Positions 22,098 to 34,902 of a stretch of 64,000 nucleotides of DNA are shown in pieces. A program made the translations under genes and the position numbers. Source of the DNA: Blastocladiella emersonii ATCC 22665 (lineage: Eukaryota; Fungi; Blastocladiomycota); contig JANHCV010000002.1 in assembly GCA_025594325.1 (NCBI GenBank), positions 1,364,001 through 1,428,000 of the forward strand. Reading direction: 5' to 3'. Below the pieces are notes generated by a model. That model ran no database searches, was not told where the DNA came from, and saw nothing but the letters and a program-made list of their open reading frames with translations. Numbering within the stretch: the first letter of the stretch is position 1; every line of letters starts with the position of its first letter.

Positions 22098-25000
22098 TCA
22101 TGTACTGAGCGACAACACGCACGCGACGCCGCGGTTGACCCAGTGCTCCTCGGGGTGCCTGCTGGGCAGCCGCATGCTCATGACGTAGTTGGTCGAGTGA
22201 CCCGTCGTCGACAGCGTGCCGCGGCGCGCCAGCGTCTTGTACACGGGGCAGTCGTACGAGCTGTCGGTCTTGAACTTGGCCCGCTCGCCAGGCCGCAGCC
22301 AGATCACGGGCAGCGTGTCGTAGAGGACCTTGGGCAGGGCCTCGGCGAGCGCCTGCGACGGCGGGTCCCACCGTGCGCCCTCGACAAAGATGCCGTTCAC
22401 AAATACACCGTCCTCGGGCCGCACGCCCGCCGTCTGCCCGGCCTGCACCTGGTACTCGAGCGCGACCAGGTCGATCGGGATCGTGTACTTGCGCGCGAAG
22501 TTCTGCAGCACGCCCGTCAGGAACGACTGCGTGAAGAAGAAGCCCGAGATCCAGAACACGACGGGCGGGCCGACGTCGATCCAAGACTGGAAGAAGGCCA
22601 GGCGCGCGAGGAGGTCCGCAAAGTACCCACCGAGCGGCTTCATGCTCGGGTACGACTTGCCCGACCACATCTTCGGGATCTGCGCCGTCTGGATCGACTT
22701 GTTCAGGTCCTCGAGGTCCGCCGACATGACGACCAGGCCCTTGAGCGCCTTGAGCAGGTTCTTGAGCGAGTCCGACACCAGCACGTGCAGGTTGCGGAAC
22801 CGGATGCACTCCTGCAGCAGCACCGTGTTCATGCTCTCGTTGTAGCTGACCGGGTACTTTGCCTGGATCGCGCCCAGGTCAAAGAACGGCGGCAGCCGGT
22901 GCAGCATGTCCGTGGCCACATCGAACACGAGCGACTCGGCCGACGCGCCCCCACCCCCACCGCCCGACGTCTCCTGCGTCGAGATGATGGCCTTGAGCTG
23001 GTTCTCGGTCTCGAGCTGGTTCTTGGAGATGTCCGCGTTCTCGTGCAGCGAGAACACCTCGGGCTTGGTGTCAAGCGGCAGCTGACGGATGTACTCGAGC
23101 GCGTCCGCGTACTTGGCGTTGGGCGGGATCCGGTACACGCCCGACGGCGACAGCGCGAAGCTGTCCCTCTCCACCACGTTGCGGTTGTAGTACAGCGACA
23201 GCAGCGACAGCAGCGTGCGCCGGTCCTTGTCGTCGGTCACGCGCCCGCCGTAGTTGCAGTGGCCCGTCAGGTACACGAGCGCAGAGTACGGTACCTCGGC
23301 GTACTCGTTCAGGAAGTTGCGCAGCTGCCGCACTGAAATGCGCAGGTCCGTGTCGTTGAACTCGTACGGAATGTTCCAGCCTAACGGTGAAAAAGGTTAG
23401 TGAGCGTGATGGGATCAGTGATGGCGCGCGCGCCGGCGGCGTACCGATGGGACCGAACTGGCGGCGCTCCTGGACGACGGCGTGGAAAAAGCACAGCGCA
23501 AACAGCATGCGCTCGAAGGCGAGCTGGCGACTGCACCCCTCGTGGAACGTCTTGTCGCTGATCGGATCCGTGAGATAATTCTTCATGAGGTTGGCGCGCA
23601 GGCCCTTGGGCGGCTCGTTGGTCATCTTGACGCCGTTCTGCAGGATCGTCACGGGGAACTTCTCGGACGGGTACGACGTGAGCCAGATGCGGAAGTCGCG
23701 GTGCACCGTGTCGGGCGTCAGGTCCTCACAGATCTTCTCGAGCGCCGTCATCCACGACACGGCCAGGTGGCAGTTCTGCAGCACGATCCACGCGCCCTCG
23801 GCCGCGGCCTTGGAGATCATCTTGGCCGCGATCGGACCCTGGCCCTGCCCGAGCGAGATCGAGTTGACCTTGTTGCCCGGCATCTTGCGGTCGTCGGCGA
23901 ACTTAAGCAGCGACGTCATCGGGTCGGCGCCGGGCGACAGCACGAAGATGAGCGGCGTCGTCGAGCTCGAGTCCGAGAACGACGCGGGTAGGTCGAACGG
24001 CGGCGGCTCAATGAACCGCCGGCCCATGGTCTCGATGATGAACTGCTGCAGCGCGGGCACCAGCTTGTCGTAACGCAGGCACCGCAGTACGAGTAGGCGC
24101 TGGAAGACGGACAGCGTCGACTGCAGGCCGCCGGGTAGCGGGATCTCGTGCGGGCTCGCCGACTCGTACAGCTTGCGCATCTCGCCAACGTGCTCGATGA
24201 AGACGGTCAGCAGCTCGCCGAACGCCGGGAGCTTGGACAGCCGGCACAGGTCGGCCCACATCGACTCGGAGACCCACGACGGGTCCGGGTTGGCCGGCGA
24301 GCCGTCGATGGTGCCGAGGCCGCCGATCATGAGGAACTTCCACTCGTCGGCGTTGAGCTTGTTCTCGGCGCGCATGATCGAGGCGGTCAGCAGGATCGAG
24401 AAGACCAGCTTGTCCTTTTCGAACAGCGACCGGCACACGTTGAGGTACAGTGACTCGGTGAAGTGGCGGCGCAGGTTGGCCAGGCGCGTGTCGAGGACAT
24501 CCGACTTTTCCGACTTCTCGATGGACCCGATGAAGAGGTTGATGAACCACGGCAGCGAGTACTGGTACATGGGCTCGAGGTTGGCGAGCACCGCGATACA
24601 GAAGAAGAGCACCGACGAGTGCGCGGCGATCGGCTTGTACCCGGACCGCACCGTGTCGATCTGGATCTCCGTCTTCTCGGCCACGGCCTGCTTCTCCGAG
24701 ATGGTCTTGGACAGCACCTTGGACGACGCGAGGATCTGGATCGCCGTCTCGTCCTCGAGAATGTTACCGCTCGACGACGACAGCACCTCGAGGATCTTGT
24801 CCTCGATCTCCTGCAGCTGCTTCTTGTTTTCGGCCGACTGCAGCAGCAGCTGGTTCTTGGCCTCCTCGAGCTCGGGCTTCTCCTTGGCGATCACGATCCC
24901 GAGCAGCTGGTCCTCGAGACCCTCGGGCGTGATCATGAAGTTGAGCAGCGTCACCTTGGTCGACAGCTCGGGCAGATAGTGCGGGTTGCGCAGCTTGGTC

Positions 25001-28000
25001 GTCACGTAGAAGCGGAACTCGGACGAGTACTCGATGGTCGAGTCGCCGAGCCGGATGAACGTCATGCCGCCCTGCTTGAACGTCTGCTTGGCCAGCAGCG
25101 GCTCGAGGACCGGGTCGAGCTCCTCGCCCACGTTCTCGAGCAGCACCGGGTTGCCGAACTGGATCGCGTTCTCGAGCGTACGCAGGTAGTCCGAGTCGGT
25201 CAGCTTGATGAGCTGCAGCTGGTTGCTCTTCTCCATGTTCTTGATCCACCGGTTCGCCTGGCCCTGCGGGTCGATGAGCAGCGGCCACCGCCGCGAGTTG
25301 GACATGGTGATGGCGTTGTCGATCGAGAACGAGTCGTTGGGCAGCCCGGCCAGCGTCCACGACCGGATCTTGACGGGCTCGCCGAGCACGAGCGACAGCG
25401 ACACCGTGTCTGAGCACGGGATCTTGCGCTCGCGGCACTCCTTGACCCACGCGTTGATGCAGTCGTCGCGGTACAGCTTGGTGAAGGCGCCGAGGTACGC
25501 GACGATCCCGGCCGACACGAGCACGTCGCCCGTCAGCGCCGTGTACTTGATGCCGAGGTCGGCCGCGCACTTGGTCCACCGCTCCTGCTCGTCGCCGAGA
25601 CTCCCAATCAGCTTCTCGGCGCGCACGAGCTGCTTGGACACCGAGTCGACCTGGTTCTCGAGCGCCTCTTTCTTGGCCGTCATCTCCTTGAACTTGTTCT
25701 CGAGCGCCGTCATCTTGTCGACGACGGCCTTGAGCATGGCGCGCTTCTCCTCGAGACTCTTCATCGTCTCGTTGAGCTCCGACTCGGCCTTGCCGAGCGC
25801 CTCCTTCTTGGGCCCAATGACCTTGGCCACGCGGTCGTACATCTCCATAGCGCGCACCCACTTGCAGAGCCCCTCGGCGGCCGACGACGCCGACTTGACC
25901 TTCTCGGGATCGAACTCGGGGTTCTCCATGTACCTTGCGCGGATCACCTTCATGATGGCCACGGGGATGTTGTCGCGGTCGTAGGTGCGCAGCGAGTCGA
26001 GGAACTTGAGGTCGCCGAGCAGGGCCTTGGACGGGCCCCAGAAGTCCTCGACCTTCTTGCCCGTGGCCGGGTCGGGCACTTTGACGGGCTTGATGTCCTT
26101 CATGATGCACACGGCCTCCATGACCAGCTTGACGCCGGCGGGCGGGTTCTTCATCGACTTGATCAGGTCGATATCGTTCTTCTTGAGCGTGTCGAGCGCG
26201 GACATGGCGGCGTTGAGCGCGGGCAGCGCCTCGCTGAGGTCGGCCTCGCACTCGTCTTTGATCGCCTTGGCCTCGGCCGCTTTCTTGCTGGCCACGGCCT
26301 CGTCGGCCGCCACGACCTTGCGCGTCTCGTTCACCTCCTTGCTGTCGCGCTCGATCTGCACCATGATCTGCGCCGTCTCTTCCTGCGCCTTGATCAGCTC
26401 GGGCTGCAGTCCCTCGAGGTCGACCTGCATCTTGCTGACGGCCTTGCCGGCAAACTCGAGCTTCTCGAGCCCGTTGACGTAGCGGAACTTGAGCTTGGAC
26501 ACCTCGGCGCGCTTGAGCGAGAGCAGCGACTTGTACGCGCGGATCAGCTCGAGGTACGACGTCGGCGTCACGTAGTTGTGGCGGCGCAGGTTGTTGAGGA
26601 ACCGCGTCGACAGATCGCGCACGCCCATGTGGAACGACTTGCACGTCTGCACCACCTGCGCCCGCACGCCCTCCTCCATCTCCACGTCCGACAGGAACTT
26701 GGACGCCACCATCTCGAGCGCATCGTCCGGCCACGGCTGGTACCAGTCGATCGTGCAGCAGTTGATGATCTACAAGCGCGAGCGGAGGTTAGCGCATCGT
26801 GGATCCATGTCATGCGAGTGCGAGTGCGTACCGAGGGGAACTTGCGAAGTCGGACGCGGAACGCCTCGCCGACGGGACTCATACACAGGACGACGTGGAG
26901 CAGCTCGCGGCACCGCTCGATGAAGAAGGCGAACAGCGACGCCGTGTCCTCGGCGCCCTTGCGCTTCATGCCCTCGTTGCGCACGAGCTCAATGATCTCC
27001 GACCTTTCGTCCGGCGCGAAGATGTTGGGCACCTCGCCCGAGTTGAGCAAGTTGTTGATGTCCTCGAGGAAACTCTCCTGCTGGATCTGCGTGTCGCTGA
27101 ACAGAAACACGGTCGGCTTGCCCTCGCCGCCGGCCTTGCGCATGATCTTCTTGATGTCGTCGTGCCACTCGGTGGTTCCGTAGTTCTTGGTGATTTCGAC
27201 TAGATTGCGACGATTGTAGTCAGCGTCCCGATTCGAGAAGGCCGTGGCCATCGAGCGAGCGTACCCTGGAACAGCTCGTACTGGCCCATGAAGGCCGCGA
27301 GCCGCGTCAGCGACTGGCGGCCACTGCCGCCGACGCCGACACAAACCATGTTGCCCTGCGGCTGCAGCAGGACGCGCGAGATGCGGATCAGGTGCTCGAT
27401 GGCGAAGCGGAACATGACGAGGTCCATCTGCTTCTTGCTGAGCGCGTTGTACTCGGCGAGGTTCTTGTCGACGAGGTCCGTCATCCACTCGACGCTCTCG
27501 AGCTCGTCGTAGCTCTTCTTGGTGCCTTCGCCGAACGCGCCGAACATGAGGCTGCGGATGTCGCCCTCGGTGACCTTGCCGTCGTGGTCCGTGTCGTAGG
27601 CCTTGAGCGCCTGGTGGAAGCTGATCTGGAACGCCGACTGCGTCGTCTTGTCGATCATGCCGAAGAACCACTCGCGGTCCGAGTCGTCGACGAGCCGGTC
27701 GTAGAAGACGCGCATCACCTCGTGGATCCACAGCCGCACGATCTTGACCGAGTCCTGGTACCGGTCGGGCGCGCTGAGCAGGATGCCCTGCACGATGCGC
27801 GAGAAGTCGCGCAGGTTGAACGTGTAGTGCGACTTGGTCGGCGTCGGCAGCAGCGAGTCCATGGCGTTGCGGTACACCTGGCGCGTCGCCTCGACGATGG
27901 GCACGGCCAGGGCCTGCACGGCCTGCCCGAACCCCTTCTTGAAGTGCCAGTCGAGGATCACGCTGAAGATTTTGTTGAGCGTGATGTCGTCGAAGGCGTT

Positions 28001-31000
28001 GATCCCGACAAAGTTGAAGTGGCGGAGGAAGCGCGACGTGACCGGGTTGCGGCCGCCGCCGGGCGGGCCCATGGCCGCGACGAACTGGATGTCGACAAAC
28101 TCCTGGAACGCCTTGTCGCCGAGGTTGTACCAGCCGCCGTGGTCCATCCACTGGCGCAGCAGCTCGATGGGCGGCTGCGCGCCGTACACCTCGCGCGCGG
28201 GCATGTTCAGGTCGTCGACGAACACGATGGCGCGCTTGCCCATCATGGGCCCGTACACGCCCTTGCGGCGCTTGTCGAACTTGGACTCGAGGAACTCCTG
28301 CGTCTGGCGCGCCGACGTCTGCGCCGAGAACGTCAGGAAGATGTTGGTCCACTGGTCGCCCGGCAGCTTGTTGAGCGTGTCCATGATGTACATGGTCTTG
28401 CCCGTGCCCGTCGAGCCGATGAAGAGCACCTGCTTGTTGATCTTGGCGAGCAGCTTGAGCAGCCACGAGTACCGCATCGTGTCGATGGTCGGGACCAGGA
28501 TGTCGGCGAACCGCGCCGCGGCCGGGATCGGCGCGTCGCTGATCTGCTCGACCCACGGCTTCCACGACCCGTTGACGAGCGTGTAGTCGTAGACGCTGCC
28601 GTCGGTTGGGAACTGGCACTCGGTCACCGTCTTGCCGGTGAGCGAGCGCAGAAACACGTTGAACTTGGCGCGGCTCGCCTGGTTGAGCGCGCCGCCCACG
28701 CTCCACACGAGCGAGAACATCATGATGGCCTGCAGCGTGATATTCGTCGCCACCTTGTAGTCGAGCATGAGGCCTTGGAAGATGTTCATGCACGACCGCG
28801 CCAGGTTCGAGTCGAGCGTCTCGCACAGCTCAACGCACTCCTTGCGCACAAAGTCGAGGCTGCCATCCATCCACTCCTCGAACAGCGCCGCGATCGACGC
28901 CGACTGCTGCGGGTTCTTGTACTGCTCGTTGAGCCAGCTCTTCATGATCGGGCGCCAGCCGAGGCTGCGCGGCTCCATGTAGATCATGCCGCATCGAGAC
29001 ACGGTGGCGGGCTACAGTCACGGTTTCGCGTCAGTGGCGACTCGAGTCAGGCTGCGTGAGCGGGAAACGCACCGAGGCCACGGCCAGGTCTCGGACCTCG
29101 AACATCATACTCATGGTCGACGACAGCTGGATGATCTCGCCGCTGTTGAGGCACAGCTTCTTGTTGTCGTCGAGCACCGTGTTCATGTTCTCGATCCACA
29201 CGGCGTCGACGGGGCCGTCGAACAGCACCCACTTGCGGTCGGGCGACTGCGACGAGGCGAAGCCGCGGAAGCAGATGGCGAGCACGCCGTCCGACCACTC
29301 ATGCGTCGTCATGTCGAACTGGCCATACAGCTGGCCCATGGTGATCGACTTGGGGTTGAGCACCTGGTACTGGACGCGCTCGACGTTGGGGACGCCGAGC
29401 TTGGCCATCTCGGTCAGCGCGCCGGCGAGGACGCGGTAGCAACACGTCTTGCCCGACGTGGCCTCGCCAACCAGCATGAACCCGTGACGCACGAGCATCA
29501 TCTCGTACACCTGCAACACCTTCTCGAGGAACGTGTCCGTGAGCTGGAGGTTGAGGCGCTCGCACGACAGCTTGATGTTGGTGATGAGGATCTCGTAGTC
29601 GGGCGTCGGCAGCGTGCACCCGGGGAACAGATCCGAGATGATGCCCTTGAACAGCGGGATGTCGTGCGACAGGAACTTGGGCAGGTTGACGTCGTTGATG
29701 GAGCGCAGGATGAGAATGTTCTCGTTCTCCTGCGGGTACTTGAGCTTCCTGTAGTCGTGGCAGCGGATCAGCAACGACTTTCAAAGCAGAAACCAGGTTC
29801 AAGCACGTACAGAGCACCGGCAGCGTTGAGTACCGACTTGACGGCACGCATACCGTAATCGTAGTGATCCTGCGACGACAGCTGCTCGGAGCAGAGCCGG
29901 TACGTGGCCGTGATCTTGACGGCCATGCTGCGCGCGTCGACGAACCCGAACGAGTAGAGCGAGATCTCGGCGATGAGCGTGTAGTCGGGCACCATCATGG
30001 CCACGGGGCGGAACAGCGACTTGAGGTTGTCGGGCAGCTCGGAACGGCCAGCGTAGCCGGGGTTCATGGTGATGAACACGGCGCAGCCCGGGTTGAGGTT
30101 GAGCTCGGTGCCCTCGAAGATGAACGTCTCGGCGTTGGCGAACTTGGCGCGCTGGATCGTCAGGATCTGCTGCGCCACGACCGAGAGCACCTCGAGGTCG
30201 ATACGGTTGAACTCGTCGAAACACGCCCACGCGCCCGACGCGGCGAGGCCCTTGAAGAACTTGCCCATGGCAATGTAGTCGAGACCGTCCGAGCAGTTGT
30301 AGACGACGCAGCACTTGGCGATGGCCTTGGCGAGATCCTTGACGGACTCGGTCTTGCCCGTGCCAGCGGGACCCTCGGGCGCGCCACCGAGGTTGAGCTG
30401 GAGCGCGCCGAGGAGCGTGCGGAAGCACCGGTCGGTGAGCGGCGTGATGACGAGGCGCCCCGTGTTGCCGAGGTACTCGTAGCCATACTTGACGAGCGAG
30501 TTGATCATGCGCACATTGACGCCCTTCTGCGGCTCGTAGTAGTAGCGCATCTGCGACAGCCACTCAAAGTCGTTGATATCGACGACCTTGGCCTGCTCGA
30601 GCAGCGCGACCACGTCGCGCGCGTGCACGTCGACGACGACCAGCGCCTCGAGCGTCGAGCGGACCACGCGGGTCAGGCTGCCGCGGACGAGCTCGACGAT
30701 GCGCGAGAGCTGCTTGGACGCGGCCTCCGAGTAGGCGGCCAGCGCGTTCTCGGTGATGGCCTTCTCGACCTGGCGCGTCCAGAACACCTGCGACACGGTG
30801 AGCACGGCCTGGCCGGGCCACTGCAGCACCCACTTGTCGCGGTCGGCCTCGCGGTAGTTGGCGTAGGACTGCTCGACGACCTCGAAGACGCTGACGAACA
30901 TGCTGCGCTCGACGTCGAGCAGCCACTTCTCGACGGCGCCCGCGGCCTCGGCCGTCGAGATCTTCTTGGTGAACGGGATGAACTCCTTGAGCGCCGAGTA

Positions 31001-34000
31001 CATGCCGGCAATGTCGAGGTTGTCCTCGAACTGCAGCGAGTTGATGCCCTCGAAGCACTTTTTGAGGTGCGGCTGCACGCGCAGCGGGTCGCGCGTCTCG
31101 GACAGGATCTCGAGCATCTCGTCGTTGGACAGGAAGAAGAAGCGCGGGAAGTAGATGCGCTTGACCTCGAGGTAGTGGTTGAGCCCCTTCTGGATGAGCT
31201 CGAGCTCCTCGTTCGAGTGGTTGAGCTTGTCGAGCAGGCCGGGCATGGCCGTGGCGGCGAGGACGTGGTAGTCCTGCGCGAGGTACTTCATGAGCTCGCG
31301 CCAGAAGGCGTCGACGCCGCGGAACCGCTTGCCCTCGGTCGGCATCTGGCGCATGATGTCCTCGGAGCTGAAGATGGGCTCGAGGTACAGCCACGTCATC
31401 TGGACCTTGAGCCACACGTCGAGCACCTCCTGGATCAGGTTCAGCTTGGCGTCCCACGCCTTGCTCTCGTCCTCGAACGGCTTGATGTACGGGCTGCCGC
31501 GCATCGCCTGCGTCTTGACAATGTGGTCGTCGAGCAGCATCTGGATGTCGTCGATGGCCGACAGGATCTGCGTGCCCGTGTCGCGGTAGTCCATGGCCGT
31601 GAACACGATGTTCTCCCACTCGGTGTACATCTTCTGCAGCGCCTTCTCGAACGAGTACTCCTTGCTGGCCGTGGTCGAGATGGTCTCGAGCTGCTCCATG
31701 AAGTGGCCGAGGTTGCGCTCGAGCACGGACCCGAGCGTCGTGGTCTCGTCGGGCGAGAACTTGTACCCGACGACGCCAGAGATGGCCTGCCAGTGGCGGT
31801 CGCGCAGGCCCGGGTTGCACAGCACGCGGATCATCGGGATGTGCACCTTGAACTGCTCGAGCTCCTCCTTGATGCGCTGCGCCATGGCCGCGGGCTCGTG
31901 CGACTCGAACACGTTGAGGATCTTGTACACGTTGCGCCACATGGTCGTCACGTCGTTCTCGACCTTCTCGGCGTCGAGCTGCAGCAGCGACCCGTTGATC
32001 CAGGTGTTGCACGACCGCTGGAACTCGACGGCCGACGAGTAGAGCGTCATGTACGGCGCGAACTGCATGCTGACCTGCTCGAGCACCGGGAACGCCGTCG
32101 ACTGCCACCCGAACAGCATCTCGTCGCGGTTGAACGATGCCGTGCGCTCGGACAGCGAGTCGAGCTTGGCCTGGAACTTTTGCGCGACCTTGAGGTACTT
32201 CTGGATCTCGTCCACGTCGCCGTACTGCGAGAAGTCGACGAGCTGGCGCGACAGCGTCTCGAGCTCGGTCTGCAGCTTCTCGCGGCGCTGGTTGAGCTCC
32301 TCGTCGTTGGCGCGCCGCGACGCCGTGATGAGCTCCTCGCACGCCGTGAACGCCGGGTACATCTTACCCGGCCACGAGAAGAGCGTCGCGTTGAGGTCGT
32401 AGTCCTCGCGCTTCATGTCGTAGTAGGTGAACAGCACCGACAGCTGGCTGCGGCACTCCTCGACGACGCCCTCGAGCTTGGGCACCTCCTCGGACCGCAC
32501 CTTGTCGAGGTACTTTTGCAGGTTGGCCATCTCCTCGACCGACGTCGGGTGCCGGCTGAGGTTGTCCGAGATGTCGCTGTACTGCGCCGAGAGCCCCGCG
32601 TGGTGCGTGCGCATCTGCGCAGCGACCTTGTCCATGATGGCCGACGCGAGCGACACGGCCTTGTCGGCGAGGCTGGTCACGAACTCGTCGCACCGCAGCT
32701 CGACGAGCGGGAACGACACGACGAACGGGTACGCGGCGAGGAGCCCGTTGCTCGCGAGGTCGCGCAGCCGCTTAGCCTCCTCGACGAGCGTCTCGAAGGA
32801 GACCCCGCCCTCGTCGGCGGGACCCATGGGCTTGTCGACGAGCTCGCGAACGGCGCGCTCGAGGTCACCCGAGATGAGGTCCTTGTGGTTGTCGAAGACC
32901 GAGAGGTACTGCTGCGGCGTCGTGAGGAACTTGGTCGCGGCGCGCTGCAGCCGCTTGCGCTGGTACCCGACGATCTCCGGGTACGTGGCCTCGTGCGCGA
33001 CGGCGAGGTACTGCACGTTCTTGGTCGCGAACAGCTGGGTCTCGATGCGCGGCACCTTGTCGAACGCGAGCAGCAGCGTGTCGACAAGGCTCTCGAGCAT
33101 GGCCTGGATGTCGCGCGGCGGCGGCTCCATGCGGATCTCGCCCTTTTCCGTGTCGTGAACGAGCTTGATGCCGAACTGCGGCGGGCTAAGCCGCTTGATG
33201 AGCGTCACGTACGCCTCGAGCGCGTTGGCCGTGATCTGGCGGAGGAAGTTGGTCATGCAGATGGCGATCAGGTTGAAGAAGCTCGGCAGCTTGGGCGGCG
33301 GGACGGCCGACCACGAGTTCTTCTTGGCGCCCTGGTAGAAAACGTTGAGGATCTCGGGGTACCATCCGGTCATGAGCCGCTCGCGCGCGTGGTCGACCTG
33401 GTGCGCGACCGCGGCCTTGAACCGGCGGATCTCGAACGGCTGCTCCTCGAGCATGATGGCGGCGCTGCTGATCACGGTCAGGTTGGCGCACTTGGCGAAG
33501 ATGGCCTGGATCTCGAGCAGCACCGGGTTGACGAGCAGCAGGTTGTTGGCCACGTACTGCCGCGAGTACTTGAAGTCGGACTGCCACGTGGCCGTGGACG
33601 TGCGCAGCGACGTGAAGCTGAACTCGTCGTCCTCGTCCTCGGCGCCGGCGTTGGTCTTTTCCCGCGGGTCGCGCAGGACAAAGTCGACAATGGCCTTCTT
33701 GACGCTCATGTGGTAGTCCTCGCGCATCTCCGTCGACAGCGTCTCGACCGAGTCCGGGAACCGCTCCTTGAACTTGCCCGCGATGAGCCGCAGCACGTGG
33801 TCGAGCCACCGCCGGTCCATTTCGGCGACCTTGGTCGTGTCGACGCCCTTGGTGATGTAGTAGTAGTACCGTTGCTAGGCATGGGCGGGGCATTTAGTTG
33901 ATCGTAATCCGTGCACAGGTCGAGCGGGCGTACCATGGTCTCGCGCTCAGCCGCTGCTGCATCGTCAGCTGCCGCATCACCGCCGGGTTGCCTATTCACG

Positions 34001-34555
34001 AGACGAGAGGGGTCGAGGTCAGCTCAAGCGGCGAATAGACCGCCCCACTCAGCGAACGTACATGATGAGCGAGACCAGCTCGCTACGAAACTGCTTGTTG
34101 CGCTGCTCGGCTTCGAGGTGCTCGTGCTGCTTGTGGTGCGCGGCCGCGGCTCGCCGCTTGGAAGTGATGGGCGGCAGGACCTTGGCGCCGGTGAGCTGAC
34201 CGACGGGCAGGTCTACGGGGTCGCACGATTGCGTCAATACAGCACCGCGCACGGATGTGTGCGCGACGATGGTCGCACCATGATGCAATGCGCTGAGAAA
34301 CCGCTCGTTGAGCATCTCAAAGTTCTCGAGCGGCGACTTGTTGAGGTCGTAGCCGTCCTCGGTCGGCACGATGCTGTAGTCGCGGCTCCACTTCTTGCCG
34401 AGGCGCAGCAGGTTGCTGGACGCGAGCTCCTCCTGCGAGGATGTCCTTCTGGCGTCCCCATGGACGTGTGCTCCGGGCAAGCCGGAGTCGCTCGCGGCGC
34501 CCGCCTTGGAGCCGTCAAAGAGCCGCTGGGCCTTGCCGGGGACATGGCGCTTCAT
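22098..34555 (-). CDS. DNAH7: Axonemal inner-arm dynein heavy chain, DNAH7-like
   Basis: Seven GT-AG introns. N-terminal [13 protein letters not shown]...WLDHVL...[16 protein letters not shown] (DNAH7-type), P-loops [32 protein letters not shown], stalk/MTBD, and C-terminal [15 protein letters not shown]...HWVNRGVA. No disabling lesions seen. Confidence 0.96.
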
Positions 34556-34710
34556 GGTCACACGGCGATGCAGTTGGGTCAAGGAAGTCGTTGCATGGAT
34601 TGAGATGACAAGAATGCCGGTTGTGCAAGTGGGCAGCAGACACCCGTTTGACTGGCGGTGAACCCGCGACGCGTCGCGCCCGCCCGCGTGATCTCCGCGA
34701 CGCGTCTCCC

Positions 34711-34736
34711 TGCGAGACATCATGTGATCTCACGCC
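34711..34736. promoter_or_regulatory. Candidate cis-element upstream of the dynein gene
   Basis: TGCGAGACATCATGTGATCTCACGCC, about 160-180 nt upstream of the ATG. It shares an 18-mer (16/18) with the TTLL promoter and the 12-mer TGCGAGACATCA with the AXDND1 promoter (47266-47277, reverse complement). Confidence 0.4.
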
Positions 34737-34902
34737 ATTTCGCGACGCGTGGTTTTCGAGTCGATCGGGACTCGATGAGGAGACAGGGGAGGCATATTGG
34801 GAATGAAATCTATGTTCGAAAAGCAGTCTGTGAGGCAGGCCCGCGCGCCACAAGAAAACCGGAGGCTCGGCCGGCGACCCCCGCACGACGGCGCGACCGC
34901 GG